A DNA stretch of 64,000 bases from Escherichia phage vB_EcoM_01, in the sequence record PP129558. One strand, given 5' to 3'. Both the position numbers and the translations under genes were made by a program. The notes beneath the pieces are model-generated. The model was not told where the DNA came from. It saw only the letters and a list, made by a program, of their open reading frames with translations, and did not search any database. How positions within the stretch are numbered: position 1 is the stretch's first letter; each line of letters begins with the position of its first letter. Positions 35,874-45,817 of this stretch are shown here, one piece after another.

Positions 35874-36361
35874 TGGAAAGTGAGATCTTACCAGGTGACG
35901 ATACAGATTGGGAAACCATTATCAAAAAGATGATGGACCTTGAACAAGTTCAAATTGAAGCTGGTTTTTTAACAAACAAAAGGCATCCTGAATCAGATCT
36001 CACTATTCCTGCAATAGCAGCTATTCAACAATATGGTAATGAAACAAATAACATACCTGCTCGCCCTTTTATAACAGATGGTGCTGTTATCTCACAGAAC
36101 AATATCGCTAAAAAGATGAAGCAGGTTTTTGCAAATTACCTAATGAACAATGTTGGATTAGCTGTTTTTGAGCCTATAGCGAGAGCCTCTAGAGAAGGAA
36201 TAGCTCAAGCGATTGCAATGCAACGTTATCGTCCTTTATCTCCTGTGACAATTAAGATACGACAAGATAAAGGCAACTATTCTAATCATATCTTAATAGA
36301 TACGGCACACATGATAAATGCAATCGAAACAAAAATCACAAAAAGCAAGTCTAAAAAATAA
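35873..36361 (+). CDS. hypothetical virion protein
   Basis: 162 aa; ATGA-type coupling to the upstream gene. Confidence 0.3.
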   Translation: MESEILPGDDTDWETIIKKMMDLEQVQIEAGFLTNKRHPESDLTIPAIAAIQQYGNETNNIPARPFITDGAVISQNNIAKKMKQVFANYLMNNVGLAVFEPIARASREGIAQAIAMQRYRPLSPVTIKIRQDKGNYSNHILIDTAHMINAIETKITKSKSKK

Positions 36362-36362
36362 C

Positions 36363-36391
36363 TTGCATAAACTTTGTTTTTGATGTATACT
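36363..36391 (+). promoter_or_regulatory. sigma70-like promoter (TTGCAT-N17-TGnTATACT)
   Basis: Near-consensus -35, 17-nt spacer, extended -10; upstream of the tail genes. Confidence 0.5.
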
Positions 36392-36406
36392 AAAAAGGAG
36401 ATACAA

Positions 36407-36823
36407 GTGTTACTAGATCAATTTACTCTCCTTGATCTAACTGAATACCAAGGTCGTAGACGAGTCTACAAAGAGGCCGTTGGTTCAGTTATTGCTAACT
36501 TAGAAAGTAGTGTAGAATATGAACCATTTACTATTGAAGCTGCAAGCTTACAACCGATATCTGGTAAAACACTGAATGCACTACCTGAAGGTTACAGATC
36601 TAAGGCTCAATATAGTTTCTGGACTAAAACAGAAATGAAGGGGTTACAACAAGGAACAGAACAGTTATCAGATCAGATATTGATAGATGGTAAATGGTAT
36701 TCTGTTTATTCCCTTAAAGATTGGACCAGAACATCTTTCTTAGTCCATCATCACTGTGTTGCAATATTAGACGATCAAAACAACTCCTGGTCTTATGGAA
36801 CAGAAGGAGGAAATTTTGGCTAA
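36407..36823 (+). CDS. hypothetical tail-completion or neck protein
   Basis: GTG at 36407 behind AAAGGAGA is the likelier start than the ORF-track ATG at 36374. Confidence 0.3.
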   Translation: MLLDQFTLLDLTEYQGRRRVYKEAVGSVIANLESSVEYEPFTIEAASLQPISGKTLNALPEGYRSKAQYSFWTKTEMKGLQQGTEQLSDQILIDGKWYSVYSLKDWTRTSFLVHHHCVAILDDQNNSWSYGTEGGNFG

Positions 36824-37454
36824 TATTTACCAACAAATAGAAGCATACGAAAATGCCATCTACTTAAATATAGGTGGCTTCCTTCAAGAATTAGTGGGGT
36901 TGCCAGTCTATGTTATGGATAAGCCATTCATTAAACCGGATACTCCTTACCTAGCACTACGTATTATCACTTCCAGCGATTCTGGAGGTTGGTCTTACCG
37001 AAGCTCTATTCAAAATGATATGTATTCCTACGAGATGGATAATACCTACGAGATTGAACTTGTAGCCTATCGTGGAAGACCTACCACTTTGATGAGCTAT
37101 GTTCTGGCTGCTCTCCGTGGTGCAGAGGAATTAAAATACAAACATCTCTATTCTAAAGGTCTTGGTTTTTTAGGAGCCTCCAATATAGCTCAAGCCAATA
37201 CAATTGTAGACGGAGATAAGACTGAATTAAGAGCGCGTATGGTTATGACGTTCAACACTCGTATGAGTATTGAAGATATTGCTACTACACCAATAGAAGC
37301 AATCAACATGCACATCCGTTCATTCAGAGATAGTTACAATGATCCTATCCCTTTAGATTTAATTCTAAACAGGGTTTATGCAATTACTTTGGTTCCAGGC
37401 GAATACTCGTCAGTCAATCAAAATGGATCATTATTTAACAACCCTACCGAATAA
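36795..37454 (+). CDS. hypothetical virion protein
   Basis: 219 aa; alternative TTG start at 36816 behind GAAGGAGG. Confidence 0.3.
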   Translation: MEQKEEILANIYQQIEAYENAIYLNIGGFLQELVGLPVYVMDKPFIKPDTPYLALRIITSSDSGGWSYRSSIQNDMYSYEMDNTYEIELVAYRGRPTTLMSYVLAALRGAEELKYKHLYSKGLGFLGASNIAQANTIVDGDKTELRARMVMTFNTRMSIEDIATTPIEAINMHIRSFRDSYNDPIPLDLILNRVYAITLVPGEYSSVNQNGSLFNNPTE

Positions 37455-37488
37455 ACTCATTGGAATTAAGTTTCTAACAGGAGCATAA

Positions 37489-38862
37489 ATGGCAACTTTT
37501 CGTGAAAAGGTAGCAACCGTAACTTTACTGTATGGTGCTACATCAATTCGTGAAACCCAGTTTGATATTCCCCTGATCCTTACAGGTCAGAACGTAACTG
37601 GCGAAGCGATTCAATATTACTCTTCTTCCGATGCACTTTTGGAAGCAGGTTATGGATTAAATGATCCAGCGTATATTATGGCAGTCAAACTGTTTAACGG
37701 TTTGTTCCCACCAGATCAAGTCATGGTTGGTAAGCGTGAAGTTACAAACTTTACTCTAACTCCAATCGTAGAAGATAGTGCAACTTACACAATTACCATC
37801 AAAAATGGTACCAAGAAAAAAGAATTTAAATTCATTGCTGATGACACTGCAACTGCACAAGAGATTGTAGTTGGTCTGACTGAAATGATCAATGCAGATC
37901 TTGTTTATGGTCCACTGTTTACAGTAGCTAACAACGGCGCTGCAATGACTTTCACTCCAGTAGAAGGTAAGTTTGGTTCTATTGACAGCACAGGTTTCAC
38001 TCAAGAAACTGTCTATGCTAATGCTATTACGGAAGATATTGCTGCTCTGCATGATATTGATAGTAGCTGGTTCTGGACCCTTTCAGATTCCCATGAAACA
38101 GAAGATGTTCTAGCTTTGGCTGCATGGGTAGAAGAGAATGATAAAGTTTACTTCTTCTCTAGCTCTGAACCTGGAATTAAAACGAAAGCAGAAGATAACG
38201 TTCTGGAACGACTGAATGACCTCGGTTATAATAACACTTGCTTTGCTTTGTGGATGACCGATGCAGATTCTGTATTCCCAGAAGCGGCAGTTGTTGGTGC
38301 AATCTGTTCTCGTCAACCTGGTTTAACTACTCTTCACGGTAAAACACTGGTAGGTGTAGAGATCGAGAAACTGGATCAGACTTCGGAAAACAATATTGTT
38401 CAACAGAACGGTAACATCTATCGTAAAGAGCATGGAACTCTGTTCTATCGTGATGGATTGATGGTTAGCGGTTTCTTTGTTGACTATGTTGTTCATGCTT
38501 TGTGGTTTAAAGCTCGCACAGAAGAATCACTGTTTACACTGTTTAAACAACAATCTATGCTGGGTGGTGGCGTTCGTGCTACTTCAAACGGTCTGGCTTT
38601 GATTCGACAAGCTGTTCTGGCTAACCCGATCCAAGTAGGTATCCTCAACGGTTCCATCGCTAATGAAGTTGTTACTTCTGAAGAGACTGGTTTGCGTGTC
38701 GATCTGAAACCTATTGTTTATATTCCTTCTCGTGCCGATATGACTGATGCGCAAATCAATGCTCGTCTGGTCGATGGGATGAAGATTGAATATGTTTACG
38801 CTGGCTTCTTCCATTACGTTAAAGTTCAGGTCAACGTCCTGACTAACCGTACTGCAAACTAA
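37489..38862 (+). CDS. tail sheath protein (putative)
   Basis: 457 aa; strongly biased codon usage; sheath-tube-chaperone-tape measure gene order. Confidence 0.55.
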   Translation: MATFREKVATVTLLYGATSIRETQFDIPLILTGQNVTGEAIQYYSSSDALLEAGYGLNDPAYIMAVKLFNGLFPPDQVMVGKREVTNFTLTPIVEDSATYTITIKNGTKKKEFKFIADDTATAQEIVVGLTEMINADLVYGPLFTVANNGAAMTFTPVEGKFGSIDSTGFTQETVYANAITEDIAALHDIDSSWFWTLSDSHETEDVLALAAWVEENDKVYFFSSSEPGIKTKAEDNVLERLNDLGYNNTCFALWMTDADSVFPEAAVVGAICSRQPGLTTLHGKTLVGVEIEKLDQTSENNIVQQNGNIYRKEHGTLFYRDGLMVSGFFVDYVVHALWFKARTEESLFTLFKQQSMLGGGVRATSNGLALIRQAVLANPIQVGILNGSIANEVVTSEETGLRVDLKPIVYIPSRADMTDAQINARLVDGMKIEYVYAGFFHYVKVQVNVLTNRTAN

Positions 38863-38863
38863 T

Positions 38864-38888
38864 ACGGCGGGGGTTAAGCCCCCGTTAT
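38864..38888 (+). terminator. terminator-like hairpin after the sheath gene
   Basis: CGGGGG-TTAAG-CCCCCG stem-loop; poor U tract. Confidence 0.35.
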
Positions 38889-38908
38889 CAAAATAAAGAG
38901 GATTTATA

Positions 38909-39388
38909 ATGGATAAAATGCTTACTGGCGTAATGGCCTACGACCCATCTCAAGTTATCCTTTCATTAGGTGGTTGGGAACCGTGGGGTTTTGCGGCTGA
39001 TACTAAAATCGTTATTGCTAAATCTAACGATATTATCAACCCTTATTCAGGGACTGATGGCGACGTTTCACTAGCTTTGAGTCGTAACCGTTTGGGAACA
39101 CTCACCATGTCTTTGCAACGCACATCTCCAGCTAACGAAGTACTTGCAACATATGCACAAACAATGTATTCTACTCGTCAAGTAGCGTTCAGTGTTTACT
39201 TGGAAGACCCACGTGGCTATTACATTAGCACGATTGGATGGATTCAAAGTCAGCCTGAAGATACTATTGGCGAAATGATTACAGAGAACCAATGGGTTAT
39301 TGGTCTTAAAGATGCAAGCCTTCTGCGTAATGAAGTTGGTGTAGGTTTGAGCACCCTTAACTCAATCTCTGCTCTGACAATTCAATAA
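38909..39388 (+). CDS. tail tube protein (putative)
   Basis: 159 aa; immediately downstream of the sheath; terminator follows. Confidence 0.45.
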   Translation: MDKMLTGVMAYDPSQVILSLGGWEPWGFAADTKIVIAKSNDIINPYSGTDGDVSLALSRNRLGTLTMSLQRTSPANEVLATYAQTMYSTRQVAFSVYLEDPRGYYISTIGWIQSQPEDTIGEMITENQWVIGLKDASLLRNEVGVGLSTLNSISALTIQ

Positions 39389-39394
39389 TAAATA

Positions 39395-39416
39395 AAGGGC
39401 AGAAATGCCCTTTTTA
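39395..39416 (+). terminator. intrinsic terminator
   Basis: AAGGGCA-GAAA-TGCCCTT hairpin followed by TTTTTAT. Confidence 0.7.
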
Positions 39417-39433
39417 TCATTAGAGAGGAAAAT

Positions 39434-39916
39434 ATGTCACAAGAACAAGATAACACAATTCAAAAATATGCTCGACCAGAAGAAGTAGTTGAGATTCCGT
39501 TAGATGGAAACAGATCTGTTACTTTCCGTATTATGAAGTGGAGTCCATCTAAAGTGTTTGACAGGATTCCAGAATTGGGTAGTGTTCTGGTTGTTCCTAT
39601 GACTATGTATAGCACAGCAACAATGTCCGCAGACGAAGACCTTGAGTCACGTATTGCTATGGCACTGATCCAACTTTTTGCAGGTTTGGAAGAAAAGAAT
39701 TTAACTGTCTTTTTGCGTAAAATTTTAGATGAGGTTTATACTCAAGACGGTTATAACGTTGCAGAAAATTTTGATGAATTATTTATGGCTCACCCAGAAC
39801 TAGTGTTAGATCTTACGGCTAAAGTTCTGGAGGTAAACTACGGCCCTTTTTTCAAACGAGGTTTCGGAAAACTGTTCACACAGCTTCAGGCGATGACGAG
39901 TTTAGCAGCAAATTAA
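39434..39916 (+). CDS. tail assembly chaperone (G-like), zero-frame product
   Basis: 160 aa; sits between tube and tape measure; carries the slippery heptamer near its 3-prime end. Confidence 0.55.
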   Translation: MSQEQDNTIQKYARPEEVVEIPLDGNRSVTFRIMKWSPSKVFDRIPELGSVLVVPMTMYSTATMSADEDLESRIAMALIQLFAGLEEKNLTVFLRKILDEVYTQDGYNVAENFDELFMAHPELVLDLTAKVLEVNYGPFFKRGFGKLFTQLQAMTSLAAN

Positions 39917-40182
39917 CACCTGCGATTGAACATGCTATCGACACAGCAACGAAAACCCTTACTTTGAAGTGGTATGAGGTTATTCTTTGCAAAGTCGTTA
40001 AAGATACCTCGGAAACACTGAAAACATTGGATAACTACGGTGTAGATTATCTTTTAAAACTATATGAGTATTTAACATACGAAGAGTATGTTGAAGCCAT
40101 GTATGTTAAAGACACTTCAATAAAGAGAAAACATCAAAACCAGACAAATAAAATGTCAGATTTGTTTAAGAAACTTGTTTAA
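39434..40182 (+). CDS. tail assembly chaperone frameshift fusion (GT-like); -1 shift at 39847-39853
   Basis: The -1 frame from 39847 has no stop until 40182 and reads ...TLTLKWYEVILCKVV..., joining the downstream 72-aa ORF; predicted fusion about 250 aa. Confidence 0.5.
39847..39853 (+). other. programmed -1 ribosomal frameshift slippery heptamer T_TTT_TTC
   Basis: Heptamer is in the X_XXY_YYZ register of the zero frame (CCT TTT TTC); the -1 frame is open from here and runs in phase into ORF 39964..40182. Confidence 0.6.
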
Positions 40183-40202
40183 TCCAACACGAGGAACATA
40201 CT

Positions 40203-42191
40203 TTGTTAGAAATTAACGCCTCCAAAATTAGTAACGTGGTTACGTTTAAGGTGGACAAGAACAGTCTCAAGGAAGCAAAAGATGCCGTGTTGAGTGTTCA
40301 GAAGTTTGCAAATAAAATGCAACCCACTATGAACATGACCAAGTTTAGACAACAAATGAAAGAGATTGAGCGTGAACTTAAGAAAGCTCAAACTCAAAGT
40401 CAAAAACCTATGCGAGCACCTACTCCCGCTGGAGCGGGTGCTCCTGTAGGAGGATCTGGTAGACCTAGAACTCCTAAAACCCCGCAAGGAAGAGAAGAAG
40501 AAAAAGCTCGTAAAGCTGCTGAACGCGAAGCTAAAGCAGCAGCACGTAGGGAAGATTTAGGTAATCTTCGTTTGCAGAACTTTAACTACAGAGCAAGAGC
40601 ATTTAGTAAAGCCAGTCCTGGCGCTATGCAAGAAGCTAGAGACGTTATGGGTAAAGCTGTAGAGCAATACAAAAAGGGTGAAATAACTCTTCAACGTATG
40701 AACCAAGCTCTTGCTCACCAGTTAGATGCCTTACGCAGATCTCATCGTGAAAAGAATGCTGAAATAGAAGACGAGGTTCGCGGTCGTCGCCGTATTCGTA
40801 GAGAGCTAGAAGCAGAAGCTAAAATGCGTATACGTATGCGAAATCGTGAACTTAGAGATATAGAACGCAACCGTAAGCGTGAATTAGCTCAACAAAAACG
40901 TGATCGTGATCGTCGATATGGACAATTAAAAGAAGGTGCAGCAGGTCTTAATCCACGCATGATTGCATCCTCTTTAATAGGTGCTGGGCTGTTTGCAGGT
41001 GGTTCTGTAGTTGGTAACACGTTGATGAATACTAACGAAAGAATTAAACTTGTAAGTCGTGGTGCTGAAAACGTTCAGACAAACGCCAACGCTATTTTGG
41101 CAATGACAGCTTGGGGTGAACAGAACGGTGTAGACTCTGCAAATATTATTAAGTCAATAGATAATATTAAAGACGTTCGTGAACGTCTTGGTAATACAGT
41201 TTTAGCCTCAAAATGGAATGAGAAAGAAGGGAAGTGGAAAGGCGGTGATAATGGCATAAATGACATTATGAACTTGTTTGGATGGAATCCAGAACAGCTT
41301 AAACCTTTACAGAACGATCCTTTAGCTTTTATTCAGGCTACTGTTAATGAAGGTGAGCGTCGAGGTATGAACTCTGCTCAAATCGGGCGACTTCTTGAAA
41401 ACCTTGGTGATGACCTTATGCACTACCAACGTATGTTTAGTAAAAACGGCGAAGGGTATAATGAAGTATTGAAAATGCTTCAAAGAACAGGTGCAACATT
41501 AACTCAAGAACAAATAGATGCTTCTAAAGAGTTTACTCGTTTTGCTGCAACAGTTCAGCTTGTAGGTCAAGGTATGCAGAACCACTTCTTAGAGGGTTTT
41601 GTGAAAGCCTTACCTAAAGATGATTCTTGGTTGGATAACGTTAAAGTGCTAGATCAGTTTGCCAAAGATTTAGGTGAAGAACTCGGTAAGACAACAGTTC
41701 AATTAGGAGGTTTTGCTAAAGAATTGGGAGATGGTTTCGGATCTTTTACCAATTGGCTTAAAGAAACATTCCCAGATACATTCGGAGACAACACAGATCC
41801 TAATAAATCTATGGCACAAAAAGCATACGAGGCAACGCAAAGTGGAGACAGCAATCCTGTAGCAGATTGGTTGTACAATTTAACAGGTATTGATACACAA
41901 GATATTGGTCGTATGTGGAGAGGAGAACAAACAAGGACACGTGCTTTTGGATTTGGTAATCCTCTTGAAGATTTACGTGAATCAGCCTATACACCTAACG
42001 TAAGTTTGGCTCGTAATCAACCTGTTGTTGAGAATACGGTAGCAATACCAAGTGATCTTATCAAAGTTACGATCAGCCCTTCTTCCGAGTTTGGAAATAT
42101 TCTTGATGCAAGAATTCAAAATAGCGGAAATAGTATTTTCCAACGTTTGTCTCTTTCAACTCTAAGTGGACAATCTAACACTGGTGGTTAA
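40203..42191 (+). CDS. tail tape measure protein
   Basis: 662 aa; TTG start behind GAGGAA; long R/E/K/A-rich helical N-terminal region; follows the frameshifting chaperone. Confidence 0.7.
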   Translation: MLEINASKISNVVTFKVDKNSLKEAKDAVLSVQKFANKMQPTMNMTKFRQQMKEIERELKKAQTQSQKPMRAPTPAGAGAPVGGSGRPRTPKTPQGREEEKARKAAEREAKAAARREDLGNLRLQNFNYRARAFSKASPGAMQEARDVMGKAVEQYKKGEITLQRMNQALAHQLDALRRSHREKNAEIEDEVRGRRRIRRELEAEAKMRIRMRNRELRDIERNRKRELAQQKRDRDRRYGQLKEGAAGLNPRMIASSLIGAGLFAGGSVVGNTLMNTNERIKLVSRGAENVQTNANAILAMTAWGEQNGVDSANIIKSIDNIKDVRERLGNTVLASKWNEKEGKWKGGDNGINDIMNLFGWNPEQLKPLQNDPLAFIQATVNEGERRGMNSAQIGRLLENLGDDLMHYQRMFSKNGEGYNEVLKMLQRTGATLTQEQIDASKEFTRFAATVQLVGQGMQNHFLEGFVKALPKDDSWLDNVKVLDQFAKDLGEELGKTTVQLGGFAKELGDGFGSFTNWLKETFPDTFGDNTDPNKSMAQKAYEATQSGDSNPVADWLYNLTGIDTQDIGRMWRGEQTRTRAFGFGNPLEDLRESAYTPNVSLARNQPVVENTVAIPSDLIKVTISPSSEFGNILDARIQNSGNSIFQRLSLSTLSGQSNTGG

Positions 42192-42198
42192 TAAAATA

Positions 42199-42220
42199 CC
42201 TCGCTTCGGCGGGGTTTTTT
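42199..42220 (+). terminator. intrinsic terminator after the tape measure gene
   Basis: CCTCGC-TTCG-GCGGGG hairpin followed by TTTTTT. Confidence 0.7.
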
Positions 42221-42228
42221 CGTTTCCC

Positions 42229-42258
42229 TTGACACGAAGTTTCTATATGTGTTACAAT
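42229..42258 (+). promoter_or_regulatory. sigma70-like promoter (TTGACA-N18-TACAAT)
   Basis: Consensus -35 and near-consensus -10; followed by a GGAAGAT/ATCTTCC hairpin in the 5-prime UTR. Confidence 0.5.
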
Positions 42259-42317
42259 AATCAATATGGGAAGATCTTGCATCTTCCTTTTGGCATTATC
42301 ATTACTACGAGGTTATC

Positions 42318-43019
42318 ATGGCAGCAATGACTCCACAACAGTCGGTGAGAGCCGTCTATAAGGCAGAACAGGAAATCAACTCTACCGAGAATAAAAATAC
42401 CTCGGCATCTACTGTAAAGGGTGATAATGGTTTCTGCATTTTAGCAAGTGTTTATAATAGTTCAAGTGATCAATACATTCAAAACTTTAAAGCAATTACT
42501 TTCGATTCGGTCCCTGAAGTAGGTGTAACTCGTGAGGCAGATGTTACAAGTTTTCCAGTAGAATCAGGATCGGATGTAAGTGACCACGTTCAAATAAAAA
42601 ACAACAGATTTAAACTTTCAGGTATAATTACCGAAACACCAATTCGGCTTATGCGAGATCAATTATACAGTGCAGGTGTAAATGGGGCAAGGATTTCTCA
42701 AGCAATAGAATATCTAGATCAAATATTTGAGTCAAGACAACCAATAGTTCTTTTGACAGAACACAGGACTTTTGAAAATGTTATTCTCAAAGGCTACTCT
42801 TATGATTATAAATCTGAATTTGCTATGCAATTTGATTTAGAGTTTGAACAAATCCGTCTCGTTTCTAAGGCCACTACTAATGCTATTGCTGTAAAAACAG
42901 CACCAAATAAATCGACTGGTGGTGATGTGAAAGGTCAAGTTGCTTCGAATGGTCCTAAGTCAGATATTACAGTAAGAACTGCTGAAGCTACTAATACCCC
43001 AACAAACAACGGAGGTTAA
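42318..43019 (+). CDS. hypothetical tail or baseplate protein
   Basis: 233 aa; first gene after the tape measure. Confidence 0.3.
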   Translation: MAAMTPQQSVRAVYKAEQEINSTENKNTSASTVKGDNGFCILASVYNSSSDQYIQNFKAITFDSVPEVGVTREADVTSFPVESGSDVSDHVQIKNNRFKLSGIITETPIRLMRDQLYSAGVNGARISQAIEYLDQIFESRQPIVLLTEHRTFENVILKGYSYDYKSEFAMQFDLEFEQIRLVSKATTNAIAVKTAPNKSTGGDVKGQVASNGPKSDITVRTAEATNTPTNNGG

Positions 43020-43021
43020 TA

Positions 43022-43435
43022 GTGACAACTTATTCTAAAACAACAAGGTCTACAAGTAATACAGGCTACAGTGCAGTTTATCTAGAGGACCATTCTACTT
43101 ATTTTGCATGGTATCTGAAAACTGAAGAGTATCCTGATCAAACATATACAGTTACATTGGATGGAGTTGATTATGACATTCGTTTAAGGTGGAACACTAG
43201 GGACGAGTCTTGGCAATGTCAGATTGGATTATCTGGAGATGATCCAAGTATAAGTTTCAAAGTTACAAATGGTTTAGATCTTCTTAAACCTTATAAATAT
43301 CTTGAAAGTGTGCCAGATGGTCAATTGTATATAGTAGATACAGTTAAGATTAATGGTCGTCCTGGGTATACAACTACAGGTCGAGATAAACGTTTTGTAT
43401 TGGTTTATATTGATAACAAACCTAATCAGGCGTAA
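43022..43435 (+). CDS. hypothetical tail or baseplate protein
   Basis: 137 aa. Confidence 0.3.
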   Translation: MTTYSKTTRSTSNTGYSAVYLEDHSTYFAWYLKTEEYPDQTYTVTLDGVDYDIRLRWNTRDESWQCQIGLSGDDPSISFKVTNGLDLLKPYKYLESVPDGQLYIVDTVKINGRPGYTTTGRDKRFVLVYIDNKPNQA

Positions 43436-43444
43436 GGAGATAAT

Positions 43445-44455
43445 ATGGCAGAAAGAGAGTATACAAAAGCTCCTGCCCCTAATTTAAACAGGGCATACAA
43501 ATTATTAATTGGTTCTGCCACAAACACAATACAGAAGAGAACTAAGAACTCGGCATTTAAATCTACAGTAGATTTGGATACCAAGTTAGGGACAACAGAA
43601 AAATCCTCTTCTAATTTGTATTTGTTGCAAGACCATCAAATAACCTTCAGTATTAAGAAAGATAATAACAAAGATCCTAACCAAGCAGAGATTGTAGTTT
43701 ATAACCTTTCGGATGATACTGTTAACTATATAAACCGTGGTATCCGAAATAACTTGGCTGTTGCTTTAGCGGTAGGATACGAAGGTGAAGAGTTGGTTAT
43801 GATCTTCAAAGGAACTATCCAGTGGGTTAGTGATACTTTTGACTCGGTAGACAGGAAAACCACTTTACACTGTTTGGATGGCGGGATTAACATTGCAGAA
43901 GCAAGAACAAGTCGCAGTTATCCAAAAGGAACTAAAATCAAACGTGTTGTGACAGATTTGGTAAAGGATTTAGGAACTACAGAAGGTAATATACACGTAG
44001 ATAATGATCAAACCTTATCTTCAGCAACAGCTATGTGTGGAAACACTTCACATTACCTAGAACATATTTGTAAAAGTATTGATCACAATGTATCAATACA
44101 AGATGGATCTGTTTATGTCACTCCTCGTTCACAAATGTCTAGTGCACGTAGCGCCTATATTAGCCCTGAAACTGGTCTGATAGGAAGTCCAGAACCATTC
44201 CACAACGATATAAAACCTACTAAAAAAGTTACCAAGTCCTCTAAGAAGGCAAAGAAACCTACAGACGGTGTTAAATTCAAATGCCAAATGAATGGTGCAA
44301 TATTACCAGAAAAAACAATCTGGTTAAAAAGCCGAGATTATGATGGTCCGTTTAAAGTTGTTTCTGTGTCTCACAATGGTGATAAAGAGGGTAAAGAGTG
44401 GGTTACTGAAGTGGAGTGTGTATCCGTGTCTGAAATAATGACTAAGGAGAAATAA
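43445..44455 (+). CDS. baseplate hub-like protein (tentative)
   Basis: 336 aa; positioned between tape measure and the spike-like gene. Confidence 0.3.
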   Translation: MAEREYTKAPAPNLNRAYKLLIGSATNTIQKRTKNSAFKSTVDLDTKLGTTEKSSSNLYLLQDHQITFSIKKDNNKDPNQAEIVVYNLSDDTVNYINRGIRNNLAVALAVGYEGEELVMIFKGTIQWVSDTFDSVDRKTTLHCLDGGINIAEARTSRSYPKGTKIKRVVTDLVKDLGTTEGNIHVDNDQTLSSATAMCGNTSHYLEHICKSIDHNVSIQDGSVYVTPRSQMSSARSAYISPETGLIGSPEPFHNDIKPTKKVTKSSKKAKKPTDGVKFKCQMNGAILPEKTIWLKSRDYDGPFKVVSVSHNGDKEGKEWVTEVECVSVSEIMTKEK

Positions 44456-45189
44456 TGGATGCATTAAATTTTGTCACAGCAATGCGTGGCTTAATGACAG
44501 AACAATTAGCAGAAGTCCATACAGCCCTGCCAGTCCGTGTGACTGGCGTTAATTATGGTGCTAAAACTGTCACTTTAGAATCTATTGTTAAAAACACACG
44601 ATCTAGTGAAGATGAAATAGATTACCCTACTTTTGAAGATGTTCCTTTTATGGTTAATGGGGGTGGGACAGGAAGAATCTCATTCCCTATTAAAGCTGGC
44701 GATTTAGGAACTGTTATATTTTCTGAAAGAGATCCTTCTAATGCACTGCAAACTAGTGGAGAAACCTCTTCATCATCCACTTTTATGCAGCCTTGTGGAT
44801 TATACCCTATTTGTTTTATTCCCAAAATAGCTACAGGAACAGATTCAACAGAAGCTGTAGATTCTGAAAAGGTAGTTATTTCTAATAACAAAAACACGTA
44901 CGCTTCTTTCGACCCTACAGGTAATATTTCAATATGGAATAGTCAAGGGATGAAAATAGATATTACTACCTCCGGTATTACTATTACAGATGGCACAGGG
45001 ACTTTGGATCTAAAAGGTGGTAATTTAACTTTCAAAGGCGGCGTGGCAGATATCAATGGTCTTAAAATAGACCAGAACGGTTTGATGACAGATGGTAATG
45101 GCATCGGATTCCATACTCACACGCACACGGTTCGTAACATTCAGAGCGGTAACTCAAGTGCCGAGTCCTTAAAACCAACAGGAGCCTAA
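44455..45189 (+). CDS. baseplate spike protein (gpV-like, tentative)
   Basis: 244 aa; ATGA coupling; Gly-rich C-terminal region with GxxG repeats. Confidence 0.35.
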   Translation: MDALNFVTAMRGLMTEQLAEVHTALPVRVTGVNYGAKTVTLESIVKNTRSSEDEIDYPTFEDVPFMVNGGGTGRISFPIKAGDLGTVIFSERDPSNALQTSGETSSSSTFMQPCGLYPICFIPKIATGTDSTEAVDSEKVVISNNKNTYASFDPTGNISIWNSQGMKIDITTSGITITDGTGTLDLKGGNLTFKGGVADINGLKIDQNGLMTDGNGIGFHTHTHTVRNIQSGNSSAESLKPTGA

Positions 45190-45190
45190 C

Positions 45191-45817
45191 ATGGGAATCC
45201 CTTTTGACTTAAAACTTGGGCCAAACAACGACCTCATCATGGATGATGGGGATTTGGTCCTCACTACAACCAGAACAGAAATTGCAGCACAAACTCTTGG
45301 GATAACTCTGAACACGTATCGTGGGGAGTGGTTTTTAAATACTAACTTCGGTGTTCCTTACTTACAAGAGATTATTGGTGTTGCCAGAAAGAAAGATATT
45401 GTAGACAGAATATTTTTAGCAGAGATTGCCAAAAACGTTTACATAGATACAATAAACAGTTATAAATCTGCTTATGATATGGATCAACGTTATTACTCAA
45501 TGACAGTTATGGTCACAGTTGGAGCAGATACAGTAACATCTATATTCAATACTCAACCTTCTGAAGAGTTTATTTACCCTGAAGCTGGTGAAGACAATGC
45601 AGCGATCATTTGTGAAGCTTACAGTATTGTTGAGAATTCGAATAGACTTTATCGCTTTATCAACTTTGTTGGTTTGCCACGTGATACCTACTCTACTTGG
45701 TGGAATGAATGGTCTACAGAGTCAGCAGTGGAAAGAATCATGGTTAACGAAAAAGGTGATGCATTAGCTACAAACAATAATTTCGGTATAACAGCTATGA
45801 CAGGAGTAGAAGAGTAA
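45191..45817 (+). CDS. baseplate protein (tentative)
   Basis: 208 aa; N-terminal NDLIMDDGDLVL pattern reminiscent of small baseplate proteins. Confidence 0.3.
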   Translation: MGIPFDLKLGPNNDLIMDDGDLVLTTTRTEIAAQTLGITLNTYRGEWFLNTNFGVPYLQEIIGVARKKDIVDRIFLAEIAKNVYIDTINSYKSAYDMDQRYYSMTVMVTVGADTVTSIFNTQPSEEFIYPEAGEDNAAIICEAYSIVENSNRLYRFINFVGLPRDTYSTWWNEWSTESAVERIMVNEKGDALATNNNFGITAMTGVEE

